DNA from: Chthonomonas calidirosea
GTDB taxonomy: Bacteria > Armatimonadota > Fimbriimonadia > Fimbriimonadales > Fimbriimonadaceae
Length of the DNA stretch: 64,000 bases
Reading direction: 5' to 3'
Assembly: GCA_945859975.1 (NCBI GenBank)
Contig: CAMAPH010000009.1
Location: 1-64,000, forward strand
Shown here in pieces: positions 27,310-36,943 of this stretch. The notes under the pieces are model-generated. The model did not search any database. It was not told the origin of the DNA and saw nothing but the letters and a program-made list of their open reading frames with translations. The translations under genes and the position numbers were made by a program. How positions within the stretch are numbered: the stretch's first letter is position 1; every line of letters begins with the position of its first letter.

Positions 27310-28815
27310 TCAGTAAGCCCGTGCAAACACAACGCGGCGGGCCGATGGCTTGCCGCTGAAGACGCAAACGCCGGGCTCTTCGTCCGAAGGGTGCAGTGGC
27401 ACCAGCGGGATGCAGCGTATGGTGGCCTTGGTCGCATCCGAAATCGCGTCTTCCGTCTCTTGAGTCCCATCCCAGTGGGCAACTACAAACCCTGCGCCGC
27501 CTTCGCCGGAGAAGATCTCCTGGAATTCGGCCCAGGTGTCTACGCGCCGAGTATTGGCCTCACGGAATGCAAGTGCCTTCTGATAGATGTCCTTCTGCGC
27601 TGCGTCAAGACTGGCCTCAACCGACGCAAGAACGTCGTCCAGCAAAACGGTCGCCTTCTCGCCAGTGTCTCGTCGGGCAAGAACTACCGAACCCGCATCC
27701 AGATCACGTGGACCGACTTCGATTCGCACCGGTACGCCACGAAGCTCCCAGTGGTTGTACTTCGCGCCAGGAGATTCCTTGTCGCGCTCGTCAATCTTCA
27801 CGCGCAGACCCTTTGCCCGCAGCAACTCAGCGATGGAGCGAGACACCCCGATCGTGCGCTCGCGGGTTTCGGCATCCTTGCCCATTGGAACGATGACAAC
27901 CTGGATAGGCGCGATGCGAGGAGGGCAAACGAAGCCCTTGTCGTCGGAGTGCGCCATGATCAGCGTGCCGATGAGTCGGGTTGAGACGCCCCACGAGGTG
28001 GCATAAACGTATTCGAGCTTCCCTTCCGCCGACTGGAACTTACAGTCGAAAGCCTTGGCAAAGTTCTGGCCAAGATGGTGCGAAGTTCCGGCTTGGATCG
28101 CTTTTCCGTCCTGAGTCAGCGCTTCGATACAGTAGGTATGGTCGGCGCCCTTAAACTTTTCGCCTTCCGACTTCAATCCGACGAGCACCGGAACGGCCAT
28201 CCAATCCTCCGCAAAGCTGCGATAACACTCCAAAATCGTCTTGGTTTCTTCTTCTGCCTCATCGTAGGTAGCGTGGGCGGTGTGGCCTTCTTGCCAAAGG
28301 AATTCGGTGGTGCGCAAGAACATGCGCGTGCGCATTTCCCAGCGCACAACGTTCGCCCACTGGTTGATCAAAATCGGCAGGTCACGGTAGCTCTGAATCC
28401 ACTTGCTGTAGCTGTTCCAAATGATCGTTTCGCTCGTAGGCCGCACGATCAGAGGCTCTTCGAGGACAGCGTCAGGGTCGGGAATCAACCCAGGGCCGTT
28501 TGGATTCGCCTTCAAGCGGTGGTGCGTGACGACCGCGCACTCTTTCGCGAAACCGTCGACGTGCTCGGCTTCCTTTTCAAAAAATGACTTCGGAATGAAT
28601 AGCGGGAAATAGGCGTTCTGGTGTCCGGTGGCCTTGAACATATCGTCCAGGGCGCGCTGCATATTTTCCCAAAGCGCATAACCGTGCGGCTTGATGACCA
28701 TGCAGCCTCGAACGGCTGAATAGTCGGCGAGATCGGCCTTTTGGACCAGCTCGTTGTACCACTCGCTAAAGTTATCGGCGCGGGAAGGAATCCCAAGGTT
28801 GCTACTCACCCGCAC
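27310..28815 (-). CDS. proS: Proline--tRNA ligase (archaeal/eukaryote type)
   Basis: [37 protein letters not shown]; ends FARAY. Confidence 0.97.
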   Translation of the reverse strand: MRVSSNLGIPSRADNFSEWYNELVQKADLADYSAVRGCMVIKPHGYALWENMQRALDDMFKATGHQNAYFPLFIPKSFFEKEAEHVDGFAKECAVVTHHRLKANPNGPGLIPDPDAVLEEPLIVRPTSETIIWNSYSKWIQSYRDLPILINQWANVVRWEMRTRMFLRTTEFLWQEGHTAHATYDEAEEETKTILECYRSFAEDWMAVPVLVGLKSEGEKFKGADHTYCIEALTQDGKAIQAGTSHHLGQNFAKAFDCKFQSAEGKLEYVYATSWGVSTRLIGTLIMAHSDDKGFVCPPRIAPIQVVIVPMGKDAETRERTIGVSRSIAELLRAKGLRVKIDERDKESPGAKYNHWELRGVPVRIEVGPRDLDAGSVVLARRDTGEKATVLLDDVLASVEASLDAAQKDIYQKALAFREANTRRVDTWAEFQEIFSGEGGAGFVVAHWDGTQETEDAISDATKATIRCIPLVPLHPSDEEPGVCVFSGKPSARRVVFARAY

Positions 28816-28939
28816 ATTCTGACAGGTTAAGGTTTGGTCATTCGCGCAGAAAGTGGTGCGAAACGTCCCGCCTACGTCCGATCATAACCGTTGCCGCGCA
28901 AGATTAACGGTATCTTCGAAACCCGCCTGGGAAAACTTA

Positions 28940-29314
28940 ATGGACAAATCGGAACTGGAATCATACGAAGTCCTGGACTTGGGCATGCTCAGCGAATCGT
29001 CCATGGGCGACGCCGATTTTGAGCAGCAGCTCATCGAAGTCTTTATGAGTACAGCGCCAAACCTAATCACGGATTACGAACTTGCCGTTCGAGAAGACCG
29101 GTGGAACGACGCGCACCGGGCCGTTCACTCGCTGAAGGGCTGTTGCCGTGCCCTTGGAATGACGCGTCTTGGCATGGTCTGTGAGACCGTGGAAACGTGG
29201 AGCAAAACAGACCGGGCAAGTACCGAACCATTCTCGCCTGAGGACCTGCGGACCGAACTTGGAATCACCGTCGGCGTGCTTCGCACTTCTCGCCGTGGCT
29301 CCGCAAGCCGCTAA
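28940..29314 (+). CDS. Stand-alone Hpt (histidine phosphotransfer) protein
   Basis: VHSLKGCCRALG Hpt motif; VLDLGML...D.DFEQQLIEVF N-terminus. Confidence 0.85.
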   Translation: MDKSELESYEVLDLGMLSESSMGDADFEQQLIEVFMSTAPNLITDYELAVREDRWNDAHRAVHSLKGCCRALGMTRLGMVCETVETWSKTDRASTEPFSPEDLRTELGITVGVLRTSRRGSASR

Positions 29315-29331
29315 AAATCAGTCGGACAAAT

Positions 29332-29369
29332 AAATTGGGCCAGGTTGATTTCTCAACCTGGCCCAATTT
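29332..29369. terminator. Bidirectional terminator-like hairpin
   Basis: AAATTGGGCCAGGTTGA / TCAACCTGGCCCAATTT between convergent genes. Confidence 0.8.
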
Positions 29370-29381
29370 CATGTTTAGGTC

Positions 29382-30086
29382 TTAGGCAGACTGCTTTCGT
29401 CGTCGGAACATGGCGAGAACGCCAACGCCGAGGGCGAGCATCGAAGCTGGCTCTGGAACCGGATTGTTGGTCTTAGCGCGAATTCCGCCGAGGTTCAAGC
29501 CGATGTCGTTGTAGTCCTTGTCGCCGAGGTTTGGAAGATCTTCCCAAGCCACGAGAAGGCCAGCTGGCTTCACGCCTGCAGCATCTCGATCCTTAAGAAC
29601 AACCGCTCGGTTCTGGTTGTTTGGGTTGCGCCAGGTTTCGCTGTAGTAAACAGTCGATGGCGTGGCGTTGTCGCCGCTGCTGAAAGCAAGGCCAAAGGTT
29701 CCGTTGATCTTGACCGAGGTCGAGGTTGGGAAGCCGGAGGAAGCGCCGCCGAGAACCCAGGTGATCTGTGGGTTAAGAGCCGTTAGGTCGGTGTAGTAGC
29801 CGATCTTGTGCTTGTTGGCAAATCCAGCTTTCTGGAACAAAACGCTCCAGTCGGCCGACTTGGTTGGGTCAACGAATTCGAACAATCGACCAGATTCCTG
29901 ATCGCCAAAGTTGGATGCCGAACCCACCGAGCTCAGGGAGCCGGTGTTTCGAACGAGAGTCTGAAGATCGGTGCCAACGCCATCAGGGCTGGTGAGAAGT
30001 CCTGCCGTATTCACAAGCTGCGCTTGCGACTGGGCGGCGACTCCAACCAGCGCAAAGCTGATAAGGAAAATACGGGACTTAAACAT
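29382..30086 (-). CDS. PEP-CTERM secreted protein, DUF4114-like (paralog 1)
   Basis: Signal peptide; WED..LGDKDYND; VPEPASMLALGVGVLAMFRRRK. Confidence 0.9.
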   Translation of the reverse strand: MFKSRIFLISFALVGVAAQSQAQLVNTAGLLTSPDGVGTDLQTLVRNTGSLSSVGSASNFGDQESGRLFEFVDPTKSADWSVLFQKAGFANKHKIGYYTDLTALNPQITWVLGGASSGFPTSTSVKINGTFGLAFSSGDNATPSTVYYSETWRNPNNQNRAVVLKDRDAAGVKPAGLLVAWEDLPNLGDKDYNDIGLNLGGIRAKTNNPVPEPASMLALGVGVLAMFRRRKQSA

Positions 30087-30130
30087 GTCATCCGTAGTCT
30101 CGCAGACCAACCCAGTTGGTTACGCGTCAC

Positions 30131-30159
30131 GAAAATACGGTCCCACAAAAGTGGGACCG
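30131..30159 (-). terminator. Terminator-like hairpin after paralog 2
   Basis: Minus strand CGGTCCCAC-TTTT-GTGGGACCG-TATTTT. Confidence 0.6.
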
Positions 30160-30198
30160 GCAATATATTCCGTTTGAACCGACTCGCAGGTCGTCGGA

Positions 30199-30903
30199 TC
30201 AGCGCTTTTTGCGTCGCAGCAATGCGGTGACGCCGAGACCGAGGGCTAACATCGACGCTGGCTCAGGTACCGGAGCCGTGGTCCGTGCGACGACACCGTT
30301 CAGGTGCAGTCCGAAGTCGTTGTAGTCCTGGTCGCCCAAGTTGTAGCCGTCTTCCCAAGAGACGGTCAAGCCGAAAGGACGAAGTCCATTCAGATCTCGA
30401 TCCTTCAAAACTGCGACTCGATTCTGCTGATCTTTGTTCCTCCAAGATTCGCTGTAGTAAATCGTCGACTTCTTAGGATCACTGTTGTCGCCGCTTCCAA
30501 AAACCAAGCCAAAGGTGCCGTTGATCTTCACGTCCGCGGAGGTTGGTAGTCCGGAGCCGCTGCCACCAAGGACCCAAGTGATCTTGGGGTTCGTCGCCGT
30601 CAAGTCGGTGTAGTAGCCCAGCATGTGCCGAGGCGCGTAGCCTGCCTTCTGCCAGTTGATGCTCCACTTCTGCGGAGTCTTCGGATCCTGAAGATCGAAC
30701 AATCGACCGCTAGCCTGGTCGCCGGTGTCCTTGCCCGAGCCGACAGAACTAAGTTGGCCCGAACCTCGCGTGAGAGTTTGAAGATCGGTACCGACTCCAT
30801 CGCCGCCTGTCGTGAGCTTCGATGGGGAAATGAATTGCGCTTGAGCTTGAGCTGAAAACGCCACCCCGAGAAAAGCAACAGAAAGAAGATTCAATTTAAT
30901 CAT
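30199..30903 (-). CDS. PEP-CTERM secreted protein, DUF4114-like (paralog 2)
   Basis: Signal peptide; WEDGYNLGDQDYND; VPEPASMLALGLGVTALLRRKKR. Confidence 0.9.
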   Translation of the reverse strand: MIKLNLLSVAFLGVAFSAQAQAQFISPSKLTTGGDGVGTDLQTLTRGSGQLSSVGSGKDTGDQASGRLFDLQDPKTPQKWSINWQKAGYAPRHMLGYYTDLTATNPKITWVLGGSGSGLPTSADVKINGTFGLVFGSGDNSDPKKSTIYYSESWRNKDQQNRVAVLKDRDLNGLRPFGLTVSWEDGYNLGDQDYNDFGLHLNGVVARTTAPVPEPASMLALGLGVTALLRRKKR

Positions 30904-30920
30904 GCTTCTATTGTTGATTC

Positions 30921-31664
30921 CTAATGAACGACCCTCAAGTCGCCAGTTCGTGGTCGCATTACCCCGGTGCCCGAAACGGGTTCACCGAAAGGTGTCACCG
31001 CAAATTCGGCACTCATGATTGTCTTGGTCCGACGACGCATTACGAAGAAGATCAGACCTCCGGCAAAAGGAATCACCGCAGCCGGTTCCGGCACAGGGCT
31101 CGCCGTTTCTAGCCTTTTGCGAAATCTGTACGCCTCAGGCCCGGATAGTTCTTCGGTTTTAGCAGCCAAACTCTCAATCGAGTTCAGTACTTCGGCAGAA
31201 TCAGCAAGCAGGTCAGAAGATCCTTCCCGCGCCAAGGAAGGAACATCGTCCCCGGAGCTGCTCCAGAGCGGAGGAACGGATGCATTGCTCAGGTTGAGCA
31301 AAAGCGGATTCGTTGGAAGGAAGCTCGAATATAAGTTTCCGGCGGATTTTGCTTCTAGAGAACTCCTCATGGGCATCACAAAGTCATCGCCTAGTCGGGG
31401 ACCGGCATCAGGAACCCGCACGCCGGAATTTTGCCGCCGTCGAAAAGGAACATCAATTCTTTGAGTTATGAGCTTGGATGGCCGAGGGGGCGGTGGGGAC
31501 CAAACAGACCAAATGGTTCCCAAGTTCGCCGCCATGCTTTTCTTCTCTTTGTTGGCTTGGTGCACGCCGACTTCTGCTAGGTCGTTCGCGGCTTTCACGA
31601 TCGGGGCCGTGTCCGGAAGCTGAGCGCTGAAGATACAAAGCGAAATCAAAAGTAGCTTCTGCAT
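30921..31664 (-). CDS. Atypical PEP-CTERM protein with a C-terminal extension
   Basis: Short hydrophobic leader, Ser/Pro-rich body, VPEPAAVIPFAGGLIFFVMRRRTK followed by about 33 more residues. Confidence 0.65.
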   Translation of the reverse strand: MQKLLLISLCIFSAQLPDTAPIVKAANDLAEVGVHQANKEKKSMAANLGTIWSVWSPPPPRPSKLITQRIDVPFRRRQNSGVRVPDAGPRLGDDFVMPMRSSLEAKSAGNLYSSFLPTNPLLLNLSNASVPPLWSSSGDDVPSLAREGSSDLLADSAEVLNSIESLAAKTEELSGPEAYRFRKRLETASPVPEPAAVIPFAGGLIFFVMRRRTKTIMSAEFAVTPFGEPVSGTGVMRPRTGDLRVVH

Positions 31665-31697
31665 CTCAAACTCCTAAACTTTCGGCTGCGGGAGAAT

Positions 31698-32417
31698 TCA
31701 TACGACGCAACGTTGGCTGCGCTTTCGTTGAGAAATGAAGGTGACTAGTCCCACCGCGATGATCAAAACAGGTGCAGGCTCTGGTACGGGTGCGTACTTT
31801 TGGGCCACGACGCCATCGAGGTGAAGGCCAAAGTCGTTGTAGTCTTGGTCACCTAAGTTGTAACCATCTTCCCAGGAAACGGTTAATCCAAATGGGCGGA
31901 GGCCGTTGAGGTCACGATCCTTCAGGACTGCAACGCGATTCTGCTTAGCCGAGTTGCGCCAAGATTCGCTGTAATAAATTGTCGATTTCTTTGGATCGTT
32001 GTTGTCCCCGCTACCGAAAACCAATCCAAACGTTCCGTCAATTTTGACCTTTGCTGAACTTGGCAAGCCAGAGTTGCTGCCGCCGAGAACCCAAGTGATC
32101 TTCGGGTTCGTCGCCGTAATATCCGTGTAGTAGCCAAGCATGTGTCGTGGGGCGAAGCCTGCACGCTGCCAGCTGATTTGCCAATTCTGCGCCGTGGTCG
32201 GATCCTGCAAATTGAATAAGCGACCCGCTGCTTGATCGCCAGTGTCTAAACCCGAACCCACTGAGCTCAGTTGTCCCGAACCTCGTGTCAGGGTCTGAAG
32301 ATCGCTCCCTACACTATCACCACTTCGCAACAAATTGGAGGGGTTGATGGTTTGGGCGTTGACCTGTGCTACAGCACAGAGCAACAAACCCGAACCGACG
32401 GACAAAACTAATTTCAT
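31698..32417 (-). CDS. PEP-CTERM secreted protein, DUF4114-like (paralog 3)
   Basis: Mature region nearly identical to paralog 2; VPEPAPVLIIAVGLVTFISQRKR. Confidence 0.9.
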   Translation of the reverse strand: MKLVLSVGSGLLLCAVAQVNAQTINPSNLLRSGDSVGSDLQTLTRGSGQLSSVGSGLDTGDQAAGRLFNLQDPTTAQNWQISWQRAGFAPRHMLGYYTDITATNPKITWVLGGSNSGLPSSAKVKIDGTFGLVFGSGDNNDPKKSTIYYSESWRNSAKQNRVAVLKDRDLNGLRPFGLTVSWEDGYNLGDQDYNDFGLHLDGVVAQKYAPVPEPAPVLIIAVGLVTFISQRKRSQRCVV

Positions 32418-32466
32418 GGGTTCATTCTTGCTTTTGGTGCTCGCAGATTCCAGCGGCGAGAATGAG

Positions 32467-32550
32467 GCGGTTGCTCTGGGGTGATTGAGTTTGGGCGATT
32501 GATCTGGGGCGATTGATCTAGGGTGATTGATCTGGGGTGGTTGATCTCGG
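32467..32550. repeat. Six tandem degenerate 14-bp repeats (consensus GYGATTGATCTGGG)
   Basis: gcggttgctctggg / gtgattgagtttgg / gcgattgatctggg / gcgattgatctagg / gtgattgatctggg / gtggttgatctcgg. Confidence 0.85.
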
Positions 32551-32618
32551 GTACCGGATTAGCGCGACATTGGTCCACCTAGTTTGCGACCCAGGAGGTC
32601 AAGGTGTAGTATTGACGG

Positions 32619-33518
32619 ATGAATTCAAGCGCACTCCGAATCCCCCTTTTGGCTTTGCTCCTGGCTGGCTGCGTGTCCCCCGTTCCCGCGCAAACCAAGG
32701 GTCCGGGCAGATACGTTGAGACACTTGAATCCGAAGGGGTCAAGCGCTCCTACATCCTTCGAATCCCAAAGAAGGTGGAAGACGGCAAGCCCCTCCCGGT
32801 AGTGCTCATCCTTCACGGCTGGACCGGAACCGCCGCGCTTGCAGAGGTGTACACCGACACGGCAGAAGAAGCCGAGAAGCGCGGCTACATCGCGGTTTAT
32901 CCCGATGGGCTGGGCGAGCGACCAGGCTGGAACGCCGGTTTCATCGACCTTTCGGGACAGAAGAAAGACGATGTTGCTTTCATGTCCGCGATCCTTGACA
33001 AGGTCGAAAGCGAAGTCAAGGTGGACAAGAACCGCGTGTATATGTGCGGGCACTCAAACGGAGCCTTCATGTCTCACTTCGCCGCCACGCAGATTGGCGA
33101 CCGACTTGCGGCCATCGGAGCCGTCGCAGGAACCACCGGGGTTGGACCTCGGATCATCCCCAATCCCAAGGAACCGGTATCCGTTCTCATGATCCACGCG
33201 AAGAACGACAACACCGTGGCCTACGACGAGAACAGCCAAAGTCTGCTGAAAGGAATCTCCCAGTCCAAGAGCGCCCAGTGGTGGGCCAAGCAACTCGGCA
33301 TTACCGCACCAGCAGAAAAGTCTGAGATCAACGATGGCAAGGTGGTAACCGAGACTTGGAAAAACGGCAAGAACGGACGCATGGTTCAGCTCGTGACCTT
33401 GGCTGACGGCGGCCATGCGTGGCCCGGCGGCAGAACCGTCGGCGGCAAAGAAACCGCCAGCGGTATCCGCGCAAGCATCCTCCTGTTTGACTTCTTCGAC
33501 GCAAACCCGAAGAAGTAA
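32619..33518 (+). CDS. PHB-depolymerase/LpqC-family esterase, probable lipoprotein
   Basis: Lipobox LLAGC; PVVLILHG, YPDG...WN, GHSNG nucleophile motif, GGHAWPG. Confidence 0.88.
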   Translation: MNSSALRIPLLALLLAGCVSPVPAQTKGPGRYVETLESEGVKRSYILRIPKKVEDGKPLPVVLILHGWTGTAALAEVYTDTAEEAEKRGYIAVYPDGLGERPGWNAGFIDLSGQKKDDVAFMSAILDKVESEVKVDKNRVYMCGHSNGAFMSHFAATQIGDRLAAIGAVAGTTGVGPRIIPNPKEPVSVLMIHAKNDNTVAYDENSQSLLKGISQSKSAQWWAKQLGITAPAEKSEINDGKVVTETWKNGKNGRMVQLVTLADGGHAWPGGRTVGGKETASGIRASILLFDFFDANPKK

Positions 33519-33522
33519 CGGC

Positions 33523-34989
33523 TCAGCAGAGATGCATTTCGGGCGAGGCGACCAGTAGCTTCAGGGTGGCATAGTGCCACCCAGGCCACTGAGCTTCCTT
33601 GCCCTTATCGAACATTGCCACTCCGCCTACCGACGTGAAGACTGCATTCAAAACCTTCTCGGTTTCTGGGTTCAGCTTCGTGTCGTAATACTCGGCGTAC
33701 TTGCGGGTGATCTCTTCAACCGAAGTGAGCTGGAGGCTTTTCAGATATCCAAAGACCGTAGCCCCGCATTGCTCAACGTTGTCCACCACATAATAAAAAC
33801 CCTGGTATTGATACCGCTCGGCCATTGCGCTGCTGTTGATAAAGTTCTCGCCCCAGGTCCAGCCCGCAACATCCGGCGGGACAAGAAGCGAGAGCCCCAT
33901 TCGGTCCATTCGGTACGCCGCGTAGCCCATCTGGTCCATGATTTCCTTCGGAATCTCGTCGGTTGGCTTGGCGTCTTTTGGTCGCTTTGCGATCATCGAC
34001 TTACCCATGCCTTGCTTGCGCGCAATGCCAACCACGAAGTCGACCGGATTCTTCGGATAGTTTCCGACGACCGATTCGGTATAGAACTCTGGCGCAAGTG
34101 CGATGGCTCGAACGATATCGGGAATGTTGCCACCCGATTTCTTCCAAACCGCAACTAGCCGATCGAGCACCTTCGGTGACGCATCTTGGCCGGCAAAGTA
34201 GTTCCAAAGCTTTCCGGAGACGTAGCGAGCGGTTTCCGGTCGGTGTGCCAGCATCCGCAGAGCCGCCTCGCCATCCCAATCCTTTTTCTGGCCGAGGATG
34301 GTCTTCTCGGTTTCGTCCCGCATGCTGGTGAGATAAGCAAACGATGCGAACGGCCGGTCGTATTGAATGCTCTCGGTTAGCTTGAGACTGGATTCTCCGG
34401 GCAACTCGTAATAGGTGTGAATATAGCCCCAGCCGGTGAGTGCTCGCGAAAGCTCTTTCACGTCGTCCTCGGTGTAGTTGCCGATTCCCATCGTGAAAAG
34501 TTCCATCACCTCACGGGCAAAGTTCTCGTTCGGATTTCCCTTCACGCTCCGCGTCATGTCGAGGTAGCGCATCATCGCCGGTTCGCGAGAGATCGCAAGC
34601 AGAAGGTCCTCAAACTTTCCGTAACCGTGCTTGTAAAGGGTTTGGAGGTAGTACAGCATCATCGGGCCGTCTTCCACCTTGTCGTCGCCCACCGCGAAGT
34701 GCGAGTGCCAGAACAGGGTCAGCTTCTCTTCGAGTGGTCTTTCGGTCGCGACCATGCGCAAGGTCCACCAGATCCGGAACCGGTAGGAGCCCACATCGGC
34801 CTGCTCCTTTTCGCGGTTGCGCCAGCAGAACTCGTACGGGGAAATGCCGAGATCGGGAAGCTTCTGGAAGTCGAGCAGCCGCTGCGCCGATTTATCGAAC
34901 CCTTGCTTCTCCTCTGCCTCGAGTTCTGGCGGCGTCAGTCCAAAGCCGAGCCGTCGGTGGAGATGCTGAATCTTGTCGCGTACTGTCAT
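33523..34989 (-). CDS. DUF1800 family protein
   Basis: HLHRRLGFG, EKLTLFWHSHF, PAMMRYLD, PNENFAREVMELFTMG. Confidence 0.92.
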   Translation of the reverse strand: MTVRDKIQHLHRRLGFGLTPPELEAEEKQGFDKSAQRLLDFQKLPDLGISPYEFCWRNREKEQADVGSYRFRIWWTLRMVATERPLEEKLTLFWHSHFAVGDDKVEDGPMMLYYLQTLYKHGYGKFEDLLLAISREPAMMRYLDMTRSVKGNPNENFAREVMELFTMGIGNYTEDDVKELSRALTGWGYIHTYYELPGESSLKLTESIQYDRPFASFAYLTSMRDETEKTILGQKKDWDGEAALRMLAHRPETARYVSGKLWNYFAGQDASPKVLDRLVAVWKKSGGNIPDIVRAIALAPEFYTESVVGNYPKNPVDFVVGIARKQGMGKSMIAKRPKDAKPTDEIPKEIMDQMGYAAYRMDRMGLSLLVPPDVAGWTWGENFINSSAMAERYQYQGFYYVVDNVEQCGATVFGYLKSLQLTSVEEITRKYAEYYDTKLNPETEKVLNAVFTSVGGVAMFDKGKEAQWPGWHYATLKLLVASPEMHLC

Positions 34990-35131
34990 CTTTGACTCCC
35001 GTACATTCTAAATCAATGAGAGAATTCTAGCTAGGACGGGGTCATGAACTCGCAAATTTTTGATCAACTTTGCATCCTGCCGCATGAGAGCAACGTACAC
35101 TTACAATGTCTTACAAAGAGGCATTTTCGGG

Positions 35132-35401
35132 ATGAAAAAGGAATTTAAGTTGGCGTGGGTTGTGACTTTTGCTGGGGTTATCTTGGCGGGATGTGGCTCG
35201 GAGCGGCGCGACTGCGTGGATGCCAGCGGCAAGAAGCTGCCCGACTCTGCTTGCACCACGTATCGTGGCGGCACGGGTTACTACGGCGCGCCACGGTTCA
35301 TCTACGGCGGATCGCAATCGGGCGGCCGAATCCTCGGCGGCTCGGCAACCCCATCTGTATCACGCGGCGGCTTTGGCTCCATGGGCAGCGGATTTAGCTA
35401 G
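35132..35401 (+). CDS. Small Gly-rich lipoprotein (YgiB/DUF1190-like tail)
   Basis: Lipobox LAGC; CVD...C pair; C-terminal VSRGGFG. Confidence 0.8.
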   Translation: MKKEFKLAWVVTFAGVILAGCGSERRDCVDASGKKLPDSACTTYRGGTGYYGAPRFIYGGSQSGGRILGGSATPSVSRGGFGSMGSGFS

Positions 35402-35403
35402 AC

Positions 35404-36558
35404 GTGCAAAGACACCGAATCGACCCGCGCCCGAACTGGGAAGCCGAAGTCGAAAAGTGGGGTCTGGTGTTTCACACCCACCTCGGCAAACCGTACTGGG
35501 ATGAAAGCGCCTACTACACTCTCGGCTCCCGAGACGTCGACGCCATTGAATCCGCGACCAACGAGCTGCACCGACTCTGCATGGAGACGGTGCAAGACCT
35601 CATCCGCACCAAGCGATTTCGGGAATTCGACCTCCCGGCGTATTGCGAGTTTGTCCTTGAGGACTACGCGGCAAACCCGACCGGGCACCTCTACGGCCGA
35701 TTCGACTTTGCCTACGACGGCACAAATCCGCCGAAGATGCTCGAATACAATGCCGACACGCCGACGTCGCTCCTAGAAGCGGCGGTGGTTCAGTGGCAGT
35801 GGAGCCAAGACCGCTTCCCTGGATCTGACCAGTTCAATTCGCTCTGGGAAAGCCTCATCGCGCGCTGGACTTGGCTGAAGGACCAAAACCTTGTTCCCGG
35901 ATTCGTCCACTTCGCCCACTCCGAATCCGACGAAGACCTCATGACCATCGCCCTGCTCCGCGACACCGCAACCGAGGCAGGGCTCCAAACCGAAGGACTG
36001 CTCATGACGGAGATCGGCTGGAACAAGGAGACCAAACAGTTCCTAGACGCCCGAGACGGAGCGATCCGAAAGATGTTCAAGCTCTACCCGTGGGAGTGGA
36101 TGGTGCGAGAAAACTTCGGCAGCCACGCTTTGCAGCCGGAGCTTCGCAACATTTGGATCGAGCCGATTTGGAAGATGTTGCTCGCGAACAAAGCGATCTT
36201 GCCGATTCTTTGGGAGCGTTACCCAAACCACCCGAACCTCCTCCCCGCCTACTTCGACGGCCCTCGGGATATGGCTCGATACGTTCGCAAGCCTCTGCTA
36301 TCGCGAGAGGGCGACGGTGTCCGCGTAGTGATTGATGGTGTGACGACCGAAGAAACGCCGGATGCAGATACAACCCAAATCGGCCTCCAACCGAAGTACA
36401 TCTACCAAGCCCTTGCGCCTTTGTTTGAAGCGGGCGGAAATCACGCGGTCATTGGCTCGTGGGTCGTCGGCGACGAGTCAGCTGGTGTAGGAATTCGGGA
36501 GTCCGACGGCCGAATCACGACCGACCTCAGTCGGTTCGTGCCGCACGTGATTCGGTGA
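35404..36558 (+). CDS. Glutathionylspermidine-synthase-family ATP-grasp ligase (YgiC-like)
   Basis: YWDESAYY, LYGRFDF, LEYNADTPTSLLE, FKLYPWEW, KPLLSREG, SRFVPH. Confidence 0.93.
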   Translation: MQRHRIDPRPNWEAEVEKWGLVFHTHLGKPYWDESAYYTLGSRDVDAIESATNELHRLCMETVQDLIRTKRFREFDLPAYCEFVLEDYAANPTGHLYGRFDFAYDGTNPPKMLEYNADTPTSLLEAAVVQWQWSQDRFPGSDQFNSLWESLIARWTWLKDQNLVPGFVHFAHSESDEDLMTIALLRDTATEAGLQTEGLLMTEIGWNKETKQFLDARDGAIRKMFKLYPWEWMVRENFGSHALQPELRNIWIEPIWKMLLANKAILPILWERYPNHPNLLPAYFDGPRDMARYVRKPLLSREGDGVRVVIDGVTTEETPDADTTQIGLQPKYIYQALAPLFEAGGNHAVIGSWVVGDESAGVGIRESDGRITTDLSRFVPHVIR

Positions 36559-36604
36559 CAGAGACCTCTTCAGAGCACATTTATTTTTGATTTCGAAGGC
36601 AGTA

Positions 36605-36943
36605 TTAGTCTTCAGGAAGATGGCTCCCAATGTCCATCGCGCTGTGCAATATTCGCATGATGTGGATTCCGCTCGGCATGCGACGATAAACGATGTAATG
36701 GCCGTACCTTGCTTTTGGCCATCGGACCAATAGTGCTTCGGCGGTAGGGTGCCCTACTACCTTTTTGCCCACATTAGGGTTCAAGGCGATAAAGTCTGCC
36801 GACTGTTGCAGAAAATCCGAATATCGCTCAGCTTGCTCTACTCCCCACATATGGGCGGTTGCGTCGTGGTTTACAGCAAAATCTATCGCTGCCAAACGAC
36901 CGTACTCAACTATTCCGACTCTGTCTGGGGAAGATTCAGCCAA
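36605..36943 (-). CDS. ParE/RelE-family toxin
   Basis: WGVEQAERY...NPNVGK...HYIVYR...IHIMRILHSAMD. Confidence 0.85.
   Translation of the reverse strand: MAESSPDRVGIVEYGRLAAIDFAVNHDATAHMWGVEQAERYSDFLQQSADFIALNPNVGKKVVGHPTAEALLVRWPKARYGHYIVYRRMPSGIHIMRILHSAMDIGSHLPED

Noticed and set aside
28853..29314. Hpt gene as part of a local phosphorelay controlling the PEP-CTERM array
   Set aside because: No kinase or response regulator in the window; adjacency alone is not evidence
30110..30198. Riboswitch between PEP-CTERM paralogs
   Set aside because: Only a simple hairpin with a short T-tail is present; no aptamer consensus recognised
32467..32550. Possible CRISPR array
   Set aside because: Units are 14 bp, contiguous and have no unique spacers; no cas genes in the window
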